Shown piece after piece: positions 47,709 to 58,176 of a stretch of 64,000 nt of DNA. The translations under genes and the position numbers were made by a program. The first letter of the stretch is position 1, and each line of letters begins with the position of its first letter. Origin of the DNA: Xanthobacteraceae bacterium (GTDB lineage Bacteria; Pseudomonadota; Alphaproteobacteria; Rhizobiales; Xanthobacteraceae); NCBI GenBank assembly GCA_050012575.1, contig JBEKGX010000020.1, positions 2,831 to 66,830 of the forward strand. Reading direction: 5' to 3'. Under the pieces are notes generated by a model. The model saw only the letters and a list, made by a program, of their open reading frames with translations, searched no databases and was not told the DNA's origin.

Positions 47709-50211
47709 GACGATAATGGAATTTTCGCCATCGTTGCCGATCGACGCCGCGCTGCCGGAGCTGACGGCAGCGCTGCGCGCGCGCAACGCCGCCGTTCTGG
47801 TCGCCCCGCCGGGAGCCGGCAAGACCACGCGCGTGCCTTTGGCGCTTGCCGGCGAGGAATGGGCCGCAAACCGCCGCATCCTGGTGCTCGAGCCGCGCCG
47901 GCTCGCCGCCCGCGCCGCGGCCGAGCGGATGGCGAAGACCCTGGGTGAACGCGTCGGCGAAACGATCGGCTTGCGTGTGCGCTTCGGCTCGAAAGTTTCA
48001 GCGATGACCCGCATCGAAATCGTCACCGAAGGCATTTTCACCCGGCTCGTGCTCGACGACCCGATGCTTGAGGGCGTCGCCGGGGTCCTCTTCGACGAGT
48101 TCCACGAGCGTTCGCTCGACGCCGATCTCGGCCTCGCTTTGGCCCGCGACGTGCAAGGCGGATTGCGCGAGGATTTGCGGCTCCTCGTCATGTCGGCGAC
48201 GATCGACGGCGCGCGCGTGGCCAGGCTCTTAGGCGACAACCTTTTGGGCGAGGCTCCCGTGGTCGCCGCCGAAGGCCGCGCCTTTCCGGTCGAGACGCGC
48301 TATCTCGGCCGTGACGCGCGGCCGATCGAGCCGCAAGTCGCCGACGCTATTTCGCGCGCGACGCGAAGCGATACCGGCTCCGTACTGGCGTTCCTCCCCG
48401 GCGCCGCTGAAATCCGCCGCACGGCGGGCCTGCTCGACGGCCGGCTCGATGCGGACGTCGATGTCGTCGCACTCTACGGAGCCCTCGCGGCCGACGAGCA
48501 GGTGCGCGCTATCGCGCCGGCGACTCCCGGCAGGCGCAAGATCGTGCTCGCCACCTCGATCGCGGAAACGTCGATCACCATCGAGGGTGTACGCATGGTC
48601 ATCGACTGCGGACTCTCGCGCGTGCCGCGCTACGAGCCCGATGTCGGGGTGACGCGGCTCGAGACGGTGCGCGTCTCGCGCGCGGCGGCCGATCAGCGCC
48701 GCGGCCGCGCCGGCCGCACCCAACCCGGCATCTGCTACCGGCTGTGGGACGAGCCGCAGACCGCGGCGCTGGAAGCTTTTTCACGCCCCGAAATCCTTTC
48801 CGCCGATTTGTCCTCCTTCGCGCTCGATCTTGCCGTCTGGGGCAGCGGCCCCGAGCAACTGGCCTTCCTCGACCCGCCGCCACGCCCGGCGCTCGCCGAG
48901 GCCAATGGCTTGCTCGGCGAACTCGGCGCCGTCGACGGCGACGGCCGCATCACCGACGAGGGGCGAAAGCTGCGGCGTCTGCCGTTGCCGCCGCGGCTCG
49001 CGCGCATGGTGGTCGATGCCGCCGCCGTTGGCGCGGCGCTACCGGCCGCCGAGATCGCCGTCCTCATCGGCGAACGCGGCCTCGGCGGCGACGACGCGGA
49101 CCTGACCATTCGCCTCGAGGCTTTGCGCCGCGACCGCGCGCCACGCGCACGCGATGCCCGCGCCATGGCCGCACGCTGGGCAGAGGTCGCAGCCCCCACC
49201 CCTGACCGGTCCCCACAAGCGGGAGGGGAAATAAGTGTGGGCGCGTTGCTCGCTCTCGCTTACCCGGAGCGCATCGCCAAAAACCGCGGCGGCGCGGCGG
49301 GCGCCTTCGTGCTCGCCAACGGCCGCGGCGCGCAAATCGGTCCCGCATCCGCGCTTGCCCGCGAGCCCTATCTCGCCGTGGCCGAACTAACCGGCAGCGC
49401 CGCCGCGGGCCGCATCCTGCTGGCGGCACCGATCGCGCTCGCCGAGATCGAGACGCGCTTTGCCGACCGCATCGTCACGCGCGAGGAGATCGCCTTCGAT
49501 CCGGCGGCGGCGAGTCTGCGCATGCGCCGCTTCCGGCGACTTGGCGCGATAGCACTCGGCGAGCAGCCGATGCCGGTGGGCGCGAACGAGGAGGCCGCGC
49601 GCATGCTGGCCGAAGGTATCGCGCGGCTTGGTATCGACCGGCTGCCGTGGACGAACGTGCTTCGGCAATGGCGCGACCGCGTCATGTTCTTGCAACAAGC
49701 CTTGGTGCCTAAGGGCGAAGGCAACGAATGGCCGGATTTATCCGATGCCGCGCTCGCCGCCGATATCGACTGGCTGGCGGCGGCGTTCGCCGGTAAGACT
49801 TCATTGGCCGAGCTTTCCGCCGACGAGCTCGCCGCCGCGCTCGCTGCACGTCTGCCCTTCCCGCTGCGCCGACGGCTCGACGCCGAAGCGCCGACGCATT
49901 TCGAAGCGCCCACCGGGTCGCGCGTGCCGATCGATTATGAGGCGGACGGCGGCCCGAAGATCGCAATCCGCGTGCAAGAGCTTTTCGGGCTCGACCGCCA
50001 TCCGGTGATCGCCGGCGGCAGAATTCCGCTCCTGGTCGAGCTCCTTTCTCCGGCGCATCGGCCGGTGCAGATGACCCGCGACCTGCCCGGTTTCTGGCGC
50101 GGCAGCTATGCAGCGGTGCGCGCGGAGATGCGCGGCCGCTATCCGAAGCACCCGTGGCCCGAAAATCCGATCGCGGCCAACGCAACCAGGCGCGCCAAGC
50201 CACGAAAATAG
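47707..50211 (+). CDS. hrpB: ATP-dependent RNA helicase HrpB (DEAH-box)
   Basis: Walker A APPGAGKTT, DEFHER box, ~830 aa. The true start may be the ATG at 47716. Confidence 0.9.
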   Translation: MTIMEFSPSLPIDAALPELTAALRARNAAVLVAPPGAGKTTRVPLALAGEEWAANRRILVLEPRRLAARAAAERMAKTLGERVGETIGLRVRFGSKVSAMTRIEIVTEGIFTRLVLDDPMLEGVAGVLFDEFHERSLDADLGLALARDVQGGLREDLRLLVMSATIDGARVARLLGDNLLGEAPVVAAEGRAFPVETRYLGRDARPIEPQVADAISRATRSDTGSVLAFLPGAAEIRRTAGLLDGRLDADVDVVALYGALAADEQVRAIAPATPGRRKIVLATSIAETSITIEGVRMVIDCGLSRVPRYEPDVGVTRLETVRVSRAAADQRRGRAGRTQPGICYRLWDEPQTAALEAFSRPEILSADLSSFALDLAVWGSGPEQLAFLDPPPRPALAEANGLLGELGAVDGDGRITDEGRKLRRLPLPPRLARMVVDAAAVGAALPAAEIAVLIGERGLGGDDADLTIRLEALRRDRAPRARDARAMAARWAEVAAPTPDRSPQAGGEISVGALLALAYPERIAKNRGGAAGAFVLANGRGAQIGPASALAREPYLAVAELTGSAAAGRILLAAPIALAEIETRFADRIVTREEIAFDPAAASLRMRRFRRLGAIALGEQPMPVGANEEAARMLAEGIARLGIDRLPWTNVLRQWRDRVMFLQQALVPKGEGNEWPDLSDAALAADIDWLAAAFAGKTSLAELSADELAAALAARLPFPLRRRLDAEAPTHFEAPTGSRVPIDYEADGGPKIAIRVQELFGLDRHPVIAGGRIPLLVELLSPAHRPVQMTRDLPGFWRGSYAAVRAEMRGRYPKHPWPENPIAANATRRAKPRK
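49192..49245. repeat. GC-rich repeat element lying inside the hrpB coding sequence
   Basis: CCCCCACCCCTGACCGGTCCCCACAAGCGGGAGGGGAAATAAG. Its reverse complement matches the polA element. Confidence 0.6.
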
Positions 50212-50482
50212 TGCGGTAGATTTGAAGTTCCTACGATTGCGGCTCTTGCGCCAGGTTGTGGGTCGGGCGAATTCAGGCGAACAGCGGTCGCAGGCGCGGA
50301 TGACGCGTGACCAACGGCATGCGTTCGACCAACCCGTCGAGACTCCAAACCTAGCCGGCGTGACGCGCCTGCCATCAGGGTAGACAATCGCGGCAACGTC
50401 AGTCGAACTTAGGGTTCGACCGTCCGCCGACAGGAGTCTGTGTAATATTGACCAGGCGAAACGAAATCGCTCCCTCCTGGCA

Positions 50483-50692
50483 TCAGCGTGGAACCTTGAG
50501 ATTTTCTGCCGATGTCTTTCCCTTATTTGCGACTTCGTCGTATTCGACGACCTGCCCCTCATTCAGACCGCTGAGACCGGCCTTCTCGACAGCCGAGATA
50601 TGGACGAACACATCTTTTCCGCCCCCACCCTCAGGCTGAATAAATCCGTACCCTTTTTGCGAATTGAACCACTTCACCGTACCGCGTGCCAT
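50483..50692 (-). CDS. cspA: cold-shock protein (CspA family)
   Basis: [34 protein letters not shown].., 69 aa. The ORF-track N-terminal extension is rejected. Confidence 0.92.
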   Translation of the reverse strand: [69 protein letters not shown]

Positions 50693-51522
50693 TGCCGACT
50701 CCTCAAGTTGACGACCAACACTAGCGCCGCAAGAGCCAGATGCCAACCGAGGCGTTGGATATCTTGATCGTGGCGAAGCTTGGTGAGCGGATTCTATACG
50801 GAATCCCCCAGGGGCGCAGCGTGACATGCGTGTTTACGAGGAGGTGTCGGGTGGCGCTGAGGCGCGAACGTTTACCAGGCCAAAACCACCCGTGGCCTTA
50901 GAATCCGATCGCGGCGACCGCCACGCGGCGCGCCAAGCGCCGCGGCGAATAATGGTGTAGGTTCGACGCGAGCGACGGATCGTCGATGCCAATGTCTGCC
51001 CCGCGCCTGCCCGTGGCCCTGGTCGGCTTGCGTGCTGCCGGGGTCGGTGTCGCTCGCGATCCGGCTGCTGATACTCTCGGGCCTCTACATCACGCTGTTC
51101 GGACCGCGCAACGAGAACGTGTCCTACCTGGTGGCGACGTCGGGAATTTCCGCGCTCGCGTCCTGATCCTGCTGCGCGACGTCGCCGATCTGCGCGGCCA
51201 TAGCGTGCCAGGCCCTCGGCTTCGTGGTGAGCGTGCCAGTCGACGTGGTGACCAAGCCCGCGCTCACGCTCGTTATCTACGTCTGAGCCGCCGCCCTGAT
51301 GGCGCGGCCGCACCGCTGGTGCACGCTCGCCGGCGGCGAGGTGTCGTCAACAAGCACCGATGAAACTCGAACGATTGCGCAACGATTCCCGCACCCTAAA
51401 TTGTCAGAGTTTTCCAACGCTGAGCCGTTAGCGTTCCTTACGCGCACCTGTGGTTGGACGGCGGCGCAGTGGAACAATAAGTTGCTTTGGGCTATTGCTC
51501 CGGCGGACGTTCCGGAGATTAA

Positions 51523-53022
51523 ATGTTTCCCAAGCCCAAGCCGTTCCTAAAACCCAACACCTACGCCTATGAATCCGAGCCGATGGTGAAAGCCACCGGC
51601 TTTCGCGAATACGACGCGCGCTGGCTGTTCGGCAGCGAGATCAATCTAATGGGCGTCGAGGCGCTAGGCCTCGGTCTCGGCACGCTGATCCAGGAGCTCG
51701 GCGTGAAGCCGCGAATCGTCACCGGCCACGATTTTCGCTCCTACTCGGCGTCGATCAAGATGGCGCTCACCAACGGACTCATGGCCGCGGGCTGCAAGGT
51801 GCACGACATCGGGCTCGCGGTGACACCGATGGCCTATTTCGCCCAGTTCGACCTCGATTTGCCGTGCGTCGCCATGGTCACGGCTTCGCATAATGACAAT
51901 GGCTGGACCGGCGTGAAGATGGGCGTGGACCGCCCGCTTACCTTCGGCCCCGATGAAATGGCGCGGCTCAAAGACATCGTGCTCAACGGCCGCTTCAAGA
52001 TGAAGGACGGCGGCGCCTATGAATTCGTTGAGAATTTTCCGGCGCGTTATATCGCCGATCTCACCAACAGGCCGAAGCTCAAGCGCCGCCTCAAAGTGGT
52101 CTGCGCCTGCGGCAACGGCACGGCGGGCGCGTTTGCGCCGCAGGTGCTGCAAGCGGTCGGCTGCGAGGTGGTGCCGCTCGACTGCGAACTCGATCATACT
52201 TTTCCGCGCTACAATCCCAACACCGAAGACATGAAAATGCTGCACGCCATGCGCGACGCCGTGCTGGCCCACAAGGCCGACGTGGCGTTGGGCTTCGACG
52301 GCGACGGCGATCGCTGCGGCGTGGTCGACAACGAGGGCCAAGAGATTTTCGCCGACAAGGTCGGCGTCATGCTCGCGCGCGATATTTCCGCTTCGCATAA
52401 GAACGCGCTGTTCGTCGCCGACGTGAAATCGACCGGGCTGTTTGCCACCGATCCCGTGCTGATCAAAAACGGCGCCAGGACTGATTACTGGAAAACCGGG
52501 CATTCCTACATGAAGCGCCGGGTCAACGAGATCGGCGCCATCGCCGGGTTCGAAAAATCCGGCCACTTCTTCTTCAATAAGCCGTTCGGCCGCGGCTATG
52601 ACGACGGGCTCATTTTCGCGCTCGCCGTCTGCGACATGCTCGACCGCAGTCCGCAAAAGAGTATGGCGGACCTTAAAAAAGCGCTGCCGAAAACCTGGGG
52701 CTCACCGACCATGTCGCCGCATTGTGCCGACGAGGAGAAGTACGGCGTGGTCGATGCCGTGGTGAAGCACTTCGAGGCGGAGATGAAGAAGGGCGGCAAG
52801 GTCGCCGGCCTGACGATCCGCGATCTGGTCACGGTCAACGGCGTGCGCGTAACAGTCGAAGACGGCACCTGGGGCCTGGTGCGCGCCTCGTCGAACAAGC
52901 CGGAACTCGTCGTCGTCGTCGAAAGCCCGGTGTCGCAGGCGCGCATGCGCGAGATGTTTGAGGCGGTCGACGCGGTGCTGCGCACGCACAAGGAAGTCGG
53001 CGAATACAATCAGAAGATTTAA
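51523..53022 (+). CDS. phosphomannomutase/phosphoglucomutase
   Basis: Active-site TASHNDNGWTG and metal site GFDGDGDR. Confidence 0.92.
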   Translation: MFPKPKPFLKPNTYAYESEPMVKATGFREYDARWLFGSEINLMGVEALGLGLGTLIQELGVKPRIVTGHDFRSYSASIKMALTNGLMAAGCKVHDIGLAVTPMAYFAQFDLDLPCVAMVTASHNDNGWTGVKMGVDRPLTFGPDEMARLKDIVLNGRFKMKDGGAYEFVENFPARYIADLTNRPKLKRRLKVVCACGNGTAGAFAPQVLQAVGCEVVPLDCELDHTFPRYNPNTEDMKMLHAMRDAVLAHKADVALGFDGDGDRCGVVDNEGQEIFADKVGVMLARDISASHKNALFVADVKSTGLFATDPVLIKNGARTDYWKTGHSYMKRRVNEIGAIAGFEKSGHFFFNKPFGRGYDDGLIFALAVCDMLDRSPQKSMADLKKALPKTWGSPTMSPHCADEEKYGVVDAVVKHFEAEMKKGGKVAGLTIRDLVTVNGVRVTVEDGTWGLVRASSNKPELVVVVESPVSQARMREMFEAVDAVLRTHKEVGEYNQKI

Positions 53023-53033
53023 GAGCGTGTGCC

Positions 53034-53106
53034 GTCACCCTGAGGTGGCCGCGAAGCGGCCCTCGAAGGATGCATGGCCCTGGCCGTCGCCCTTCGCTAG
53101 GGTGAC
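53034..53106. repeat. REP element, long imperfect palindrome
   Basis: GTCACCCT...GGCCGC-gaa-GCGGCC...AGGGTGAC, immediately after the stop of the preceding gene. Confidence 0.6.
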
Positions 53107-53114
53107 GAGAATTT

Positions 53115-53432
53115 CTACACCTCCTGATACACGTCGATCTCCAGCCCACCCGGCAGCATGGCGCGCCAGCCTTGCAGGTAGGCTTGAAAGCGCATGTCGC
53201 CGGCGATCGATTGCCGGTTGAGCTCGAAGCTTTCCGGCGTTTCGTACTCGATCACCTGGATGAATTTCGCCGGGTCGTCGGCGTTGCGCAGCAATTTGAG
53301 CTCAGCGTTGCCGAACGCCTGATAGAACGGGGCCGATGCCTTGATCATGGTGATCAGCTGGCCGGAATCCGCGCCCGGCAATGTGAACCGCAAATGCAGC
53401 GTACGCCGGACCTTTGGTTCTTCGTTATCCAT
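53115..53432 (-). CDS. hypothetical protein, possibly ABM/Dabb-like (105 aa)
   Basis: Compact ORF with an alpha+beta-looking sequence (..KFIQVIEYETPESFELN..). No firm domain call. Confidence 0.55.
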   Translation of the reverse strand: MDNEEPKVRRTLHLRFTLPGADSGQLITMIKASAPFYQAFGNAELKLLRNADDPAKFIQVIEYETPESFELNRQSIAGDMRFQAYLQGWRAMLPGGLEIDVYQEV

Positions 53433-53496
53433 CGCTTGGCATCCCTCAATTGCGGCGGGGCGGCGCTGCGCCGGCGCCCGCTTCCGCCTTTATGCT

Positions 53497-54351
53497 CTAC
53501 TTAAACGTCTCACGGAACGCGTGCGCCGGATAGACGCCGAGGATCTTCAACGATTTCGGTTGCGAGACGAACTCCAGTTCTTCGAACGCCAGTTCGAGCG
53601 CGCGATCCTTCGGATGGCCCTGCACGTCGGCGTAGAACTGGGTGGCGGCGAAGCTGCCGTCGACCATGTAGCTTTCCAGCTTGGTCATGTTGACGCCGTT
53701 GGTGGCGAAGCCACCCAGCGCTTTGTAGAGCGCGGCCGGAATGTTGCGCACCTCAAAGACGAAGGTGGTGAGCACCCGCCGCTCCTTGCGGCCGGCCCAT
53801 TTCGGCTTGCGCGCGAGCACGACGAAGCGCGTGGTGTTGTGCTTGGCGTCGGCGACGTCCTTTTTCAGGATCTTCAGGCCGTAGATCTTGGCCGCCAGCT
53901 TTGTTGCCAGCGCCGCACGCGAACGGTCGCGCGCTTCGGCAACTTCGCGCGCGGCGCCGGCAGTATCTGCGGCGACGACCGCTTTGAGGCCGAGCTTGCG
54001 GATGATGTCGCGGCACTGGCCGAGCGCATGCACGTGGCTCTCGACCGTGCGGATCGTCTTGAGTGTCGCGCCTTTCGGCGCCATCAACTGATGCTGCACT
54101 GGCAGGAACCATTCCGCTACGATGTTGAGCCCCGACCTCGGCATCAAGTGATGGATGTCCGCCACCCGGCCGGCCACCGAATTGTCGATCGGGATCATGG
54201 CCAGCGCGGCACGGCCGCTGCGCACAGCCGCGAAAGCGTCTTCAAACGTCGGACACGGCAATGGCGTGTATTTCCGGTAGGCCTGGTTGCAGGCGATGTG
54301 CGAATTGGCGCCTAGTTCGCCCTGGAATGCGATCTTTTTGCGTTTGCTCAT
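53497..54351 (-). CDS. pheA: prephenate dehydratase
   Basis: 284 aa with PDT plus ACT architecture and the NTTRFVVLA motif. Confidence 0.9.
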   Translation of the reverse strand: MSKRKKIAFQGELGANSHIACNQAYRKYTPLPCPTFEDAFAAVRSGRAALAMIPIDNSVAGRVADIHHLMPRSGLNIVAEWFLPVQHQLMAPKGATLKTIRTVESHVHALGQCRDIIRKLGLKAVVAADTAGAAREVAEARDRSRAALATKLAAKIYGLKILKKDVADAKHNTTRFVVLARKPKWAGRKERRVLTTFVFEVRNIPAALYKALGGFATNGVNMTKLESYMVDGSFAATQFYADVQGHPKDRALELAFEELEFVSQPKSLKILGVYPAHAFRETFK

Positions 54352-55085
54352 GACCGTCCCGATAGCATAGCGCGCGCTCGAGCCAAATCCTCCGGAGTGT
54401 CGACGCCGAGGGGCGCTGTATCGACGATCGCCACATCGATCCGCATGCCAGCTTCCAGCGCGCGCAGTTGCTCGAGCTTTTCGCGCTTTTCCAGCGGCGA
54501 AGGCGCCAGCGTCACGAAACGTTCGAGCGCGGCGCGGCGAAAGGCGTAGAGCCCGATGTGATGGTAGAGCGGCCCCTCGCCATGGGGGGCGGTGGCGCGG
54601 GTAAAGTAGAGCGCCCGCAACCGCCGCGGCGCCACCGGCGTACCCACCACCTTGACCACGCCGGGGTTATCGCGTTCGTCGGCGCGCGTAATCTCCGCCG
54701 CGGGCGTCGCGATATCCACAGCCGTGTCGGCGAGGAGCGCCACCGCGGCAGCGATAGCGGAAGGCTCCAGCGTCGGCAGATCGCCTTGCACGTTGACGAC
54801 GATAGTCGCCCTGCCGCCCGGATCGATCTTGCCGAGCGCCTCGAAGATGCGGTCGGAGCCGGAGGCGTGGTCAGCGCGTGTCATGACCGCGCGCCCGCCG
54901 GCCTTGTGCACCACGGTTTCAATCTCCGGCGAATCGGTAGCGACCACCACCGGGCCGACCGCGGCGGCCTCAGCGCGGCGCAGCACGCGCACGATCATCG
55001 GCGTTCCGGCGATGTCGGCGAGCGGCTTGCCCGGCAGCCTGGTCGCGGCCATGCGGGCTGGAATGAGAATGAGAACGTCAGTCAT
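54348..55085 (-). CDS. kdsB: 3-deoxy-manno-octulosonate cytidylyltransferase
   Basis: [17 protein letters not shown]-terminus. 4-nt overlap with pheA. Confidence 0.9.
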   Translation of the reverse strand: MTDVLILIPARMAATRLPGKPLADIAGTPMIVRVLRRAEAAAVGPVVVATDSPEIETVVHKAGGRAVMTRADHASGSDRIFEALGKIDPGGRATIVVNVQGDLPTLEPSAIAAAVALLADTAVDIATPAAEITRADERDNPGVVKVVGTPVAPRRLRALYFTRATAPHGEGPLYHHIGLYAFRRAALERFVTLAPSPLEKREKLEQLRALEAGMRIDVAIVDTAPLGVDTPEDLARARAMLSGRS

Positions 55086-55164
55086 CGCTTAGGGTTGCAA
55101 GACGCGCGGCAAACCGGCTATCTCTGCGCTGCCCCTCCCTCTGCCGCTGCGGAGCCATTCAGCG

Positions 55165-55980
55165 ATGGATTCGTTCAAAATCAACAAGATTCTCGGCGCC
55201 CTGCTGGGAACATGCCTCTTCCTGCTCGCCGTGCATATCGCCTCCGGAGCGATCTTCACCTCGCCGGTGCCGGCGAAGCCCGGTTACGAGATCGCGGTCA
55301 AGGAAGAGGCCGGCCAGCAGGCGGCGGCCAAGCCGGCGGAACAGCCGATCGAAAACCTCCTGGCCAGCGCTTCGGTGGAACATGGCGCGCAAGTCGCCAA
55401 GCAGTGTACGATTTGCCACAACTTCCAAGAGGGCCAGGGCCCGAAGGTCGGCCCCGATCTCTATGGCGTCGTCGGCCGGCCCGTCGCCTCCGTGCCGGGC
55501 TTCAACTATTCGGCGGCGTTGAAGGCGATGGGCGGCACCTGGACCTTCGATGCGCTGAACAAATGGCTGACCGATCCGCGTAACGACGTTCCGGGCACCG
55601 CCATGACCTTCGCCGGCCTGCAAAACGAAAAGCAGCGCGCCGACGTCATCGCCTACCTCAATTCGCTGTCCAAGAATCCGCTGCCGATGCCGACGGCGGC
55701 CGCTAATCCGACGGCGGCTGCGCCGGCCAATCCGCCAGCCGCTGCTGCGCCGGCCAATCCGCCGGCCGCTGCTGCGCCGGCCAATCCGCCAGCCATTGCT
55801 GCGCCGACCAATCCGCCGGCCGCGGCTGCGCCGGCCAATCCGCCAGCCACTGCTGCGCCGGCCAATCCGCCGGCCGCTGCTGCGCCGGCCAATCCGTCGG
55901 CCGCTGCTACGCCGGCCAATCCGTCGGCCGCCGCAGCGCCCGCCCAGCCTAGCGCGCCGAGCTCCGCGCCGAAGGAATAA
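55165..55980 (+). CDS. membrane-anchored cytochrome c (CycM-like) with an Ala/Pro-rich repetitive C-terminus
   Basis: N-terminal TM helix, CTICH heme site, then (APANPPAAA)n. Confidence 0.88.
   Translation: MDSFKINKILGALLGTCLFLLAVHIASGAIFTSPVPAKPGYEIAVKEEAGQQAAAKPAEQPIENLLASASVEHGAQVAKQCTICHNFQEGQGPKVGPDLYGVVGRPVASVPGFNYSAALKAMGGTWTFDALNKWLTDPRNDVPGTAMTFAGLQNEKQRADVIAYLNSLSKNPLPMPTAAANPTAAAPANPPAAAAPANPPAAAAPANPPAIAAPTNPPAAAAPANPPATAAPANPPAAAAPANPSAAATPANPSAAAAPAQPSAPSSAPKE
55720..55935 (+). repeat. 8 x 27-nt in-frame tandem repeat
   Basis: Unit GCGCCGGCCAATCCGCCAGCCGCTGCT (APANPPAAA) with a few point variants. Degenerate units flank the array. Confidence 0.85.
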
Positions 55981-56216
55981 GCGTTAGCGCCGTTGCCCGC
56001 GCCACGGACGCACGGGGATGTGAAGTCCATTTCGTCGCGGCACGGGCCAGCACTCTGGCGCCGCAATTGAAAAGCACATAATCACGCGGCGTCCGTAGGG
56101 TGGGCTCCGCGCCGTGATGCTTACCTGCGTGGGCAAAATCGTCCAGCCGCGGCGCCCACGCGGCAGCATGGGAGCAGAAGATTTTACCCACCCTACTTCT
56201 TGGTCGGAGCAATTAA

Positions 56217-58103
56217 GTGAATCGCCGAACCCTGCTCGCCTCCGCCCTGTTCGCGCTCGGCGCTCCTCGGCTTCCCCTCCCCGCCTGGACCGACCCTGCG
56301 CAGGCGCAGGAACCGGCCGCAAACGCTGTTTGGCGGCACGGGCTTTCGCTGTTCGGCGACCTCAAATATCAACCCGGCTTCAAGCAGTTCAACTACGTCA
56401 ATGCCGCCGCGCCCAAAGGCGGCGTGGCGCGACAGACCGCGATCGGCACCTACGACAATTTCAATGTGGCGGTCGCCGGCGTCAAAGGCTCGCTGGTGAC
56501 CGGGATCGACTTCATCTACGACACGCTCCTGGTCTCGGCGCTCGACGAAGTGTCGAGCGAGTATGGGCTCCTTGCCGACGCGATCAGCTATCCGGTGGAT
56601 TTTTCTTCCGCCTCCTATCGGCTGCGCCCGCAGGCGAAGTGGCATGACGGAGAACCGGTCACGCCCGATGACGTGATCTTTTCCTTCAGTGCATTCAAAA
56701 AATACAGCCCGCAGCTCGCCGCCTATTACCGTCACGTCGTCAAGGTGGAGAAAACCGGCGAGCGTGAGATCGCATTTACCTTCGACTCGCCGGGTAATCG
56801 CGAATTGCCGCAGATCGTCGGCCAGCTTCTTGTGCTACCGAAGCATTGGTGGGAGGGCACCGACAAGAACGGCAACAAGCGCGACGTCGGCGCCACCACG
56901 CTGGAGCCGCCGCTAGGTTGCGGCGTCTATCGCATCAAGGAATTTTCGCCCGGCCGCAACGTCGTCTATGAGCGCGTGAAGGGCTATTGGGGCGAACAGC
57001 TCAACGTCAATGTCGGCCGCGACAACTTCGACGAGCTGCGGTTCGAATATTTTCGCGACACCACCGTGGCGCTCGAAGCATTCAAGGCGGACACCGTCGA
57101 TTGGCGCGCCGAGAACAGCGCCAAGAACTGGGCCACGGCTTACGACTTCCCCGCGGTCAACGACAAACGCGTCGTCCTCGAGGAATTTGTTATCAACAAC
57201 ATCGGCGTGATGCAGGCCTTCGCCTTCAACACCCGCCGCGCCAAATTCCAGGATCCGCGCGTCCGGCTCGCCTTCAATTTCGCCTTCGACTTCGAGGAGA
57301 TGAACAAGCAGATCTTTTTCGGGCAGTACAAGCGCATCGCCAGTTATTTCCAGGGCACCGAGCTTGCGTCGAGCGGATTGCCGGCGGGGCGGGAACTCGA
57401 AATCCTGGAAACGGTGCGCGACAACGTCCCCGCGGAGGTTTTCACCACAGTCTATTCCAATCCGGTCGGCGGCAATCCGCAGGCGGTACGCGGCAATTTG
57501 CGCGAGGCGGTGCGGCTGTTCAAGGAAGCAGGCTACGAAATACGCAACGAACGGCTGGTCAACGGCAAGACCGGCGAGCCGTACACGATCGAATTCCTCG
57601 CCGATGACCCGAGCTTCGAGCGGGTCTTTTTGTTCTACAAGCCCTCGCTCGATCGGCTCGGCGTCGGCGTGACGGTGCGCACCGTCGACGACGCGCAGTA
57701 CGAGAACCGGCTGCGGAGCCGGGATTTCGACGTCATCACGGCGTCCTGGGGCGAATCGCTGTCGCCCGGCAACGAGCAGCGCGGTTATTGGGGCTCGCAG
57801 GCAGCCGACCAGCCGGGCTCGCTCAACCTGGTCGGCATCAAAAACCCCGCCGTCGACGCCATGATCGATCAGGTCATTTTCGCCAAGAGCCGCGACGATC
57901 TTGTCGCCGCCACCAAGGCGCTCGACCGTGTGCTGCTCTGGAACCACTACGTCGTGCCGCAATGGACCTATGGCAAAGTGCGCAGCGCGCGTTGGGACCG
58001 CTTCGGTCGCCCCGATCCGTTGCCGAAATACGGCGCGTCCGGGTTCCCGATGGTGTGGTGGTGGGACGCCGACAAAGCAGCGAAGACGGGCAGCCGACAG
58101 TGA
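56217..58103 (+). CDS. yejA: ABC transporter substrate-binding protein, family 5 (YejA-type)
   Basis: 628 aa with a signal peptide. First gene of a yejABEF-like operon. Confidence 0.8.
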   Translation: MNRRTLLASALFALGAPRLPLPAWTDPAQAQEPAANAVWRHGLSLFGDLKYQPGFKQFNYVNAAAPKGGVARQTAIGTYDNFNVAVAGVKGSLVTGIDFIYDTLLVSALDEVSSEYGLLADAISYPVDFSSASYRLRPQAKWHDGEPVTPDDVIFSFSAFKKYSPQLAAYYRHVVKVEKTGEREIAFTFDSPGNRELPQIVGQLLVLPKHWWEGTDKNGNKRDVGATTLEPPLGCGVYRIKEFSPGRNVVYERVKGYWGEQLNVNVGRDNFDELRFEYFRDTTVALEAFKADTVDWRAENSAKNWATAYDFPAVNDKRVVLEEFVINNIGVMQAFAFNTRRAKFQDPRVRLAFNFAFDFEEMNKQIFFGQYKRIASYFQGTELASSGLPAGRELEILETVRDNVPAEVFTTVYSNPVGGNPQAVRGNLREAVRLFKEAGYEIRNERLVNGKTGEPYTIEFLADDPSFERVFLFYKPSLDRLGVGVTVRTVDDAQYENRLRSRDFDVITASWGESLSPGNEQRGYWGSQAADQPGSLNLVGIKNPAVDAMIDQVIFAKSRDDLVAATKALDRVLLWNHYVVPQWTYGKVRSARWDRFGRPDPLPKYGASGFPMVWWWDADKAAKTGSRQ

Positions 58104-58121
58104 AAGCCGTATGCACTCCGA

Positions 58122-58176
58122 GCGTCATTCCGGAAGCCGCCAAGTGGCTGTCCTTCGGGCCGCCCCGGAATGACGC
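58122..58176. repeat. REP hairpin between the two binding-protein genes
   Basis: GCGTCATTCCGG-31 nt-CCGGAATGACGC, perfect 12-bp arms. Confidence 0.65.

Noticed and set aside
50834-51363. ORFs 50834-51313 (-, 159 aa) and 50986-51363 (+, 125 aa) upstream of cspA
   Set aside because: Arg-rich low-complexity translations that are mutually antisense. The only protein-like text in the region is in other, interrupted frames.
55720-55935. Regular 27-nt repeats as a possible CRISPR array
   Set aside because: The repeats are contiguous with no spacers, and they are in frame inside a cytochrome c gene. This is a coding tandem repeat, not a CRISPR array.
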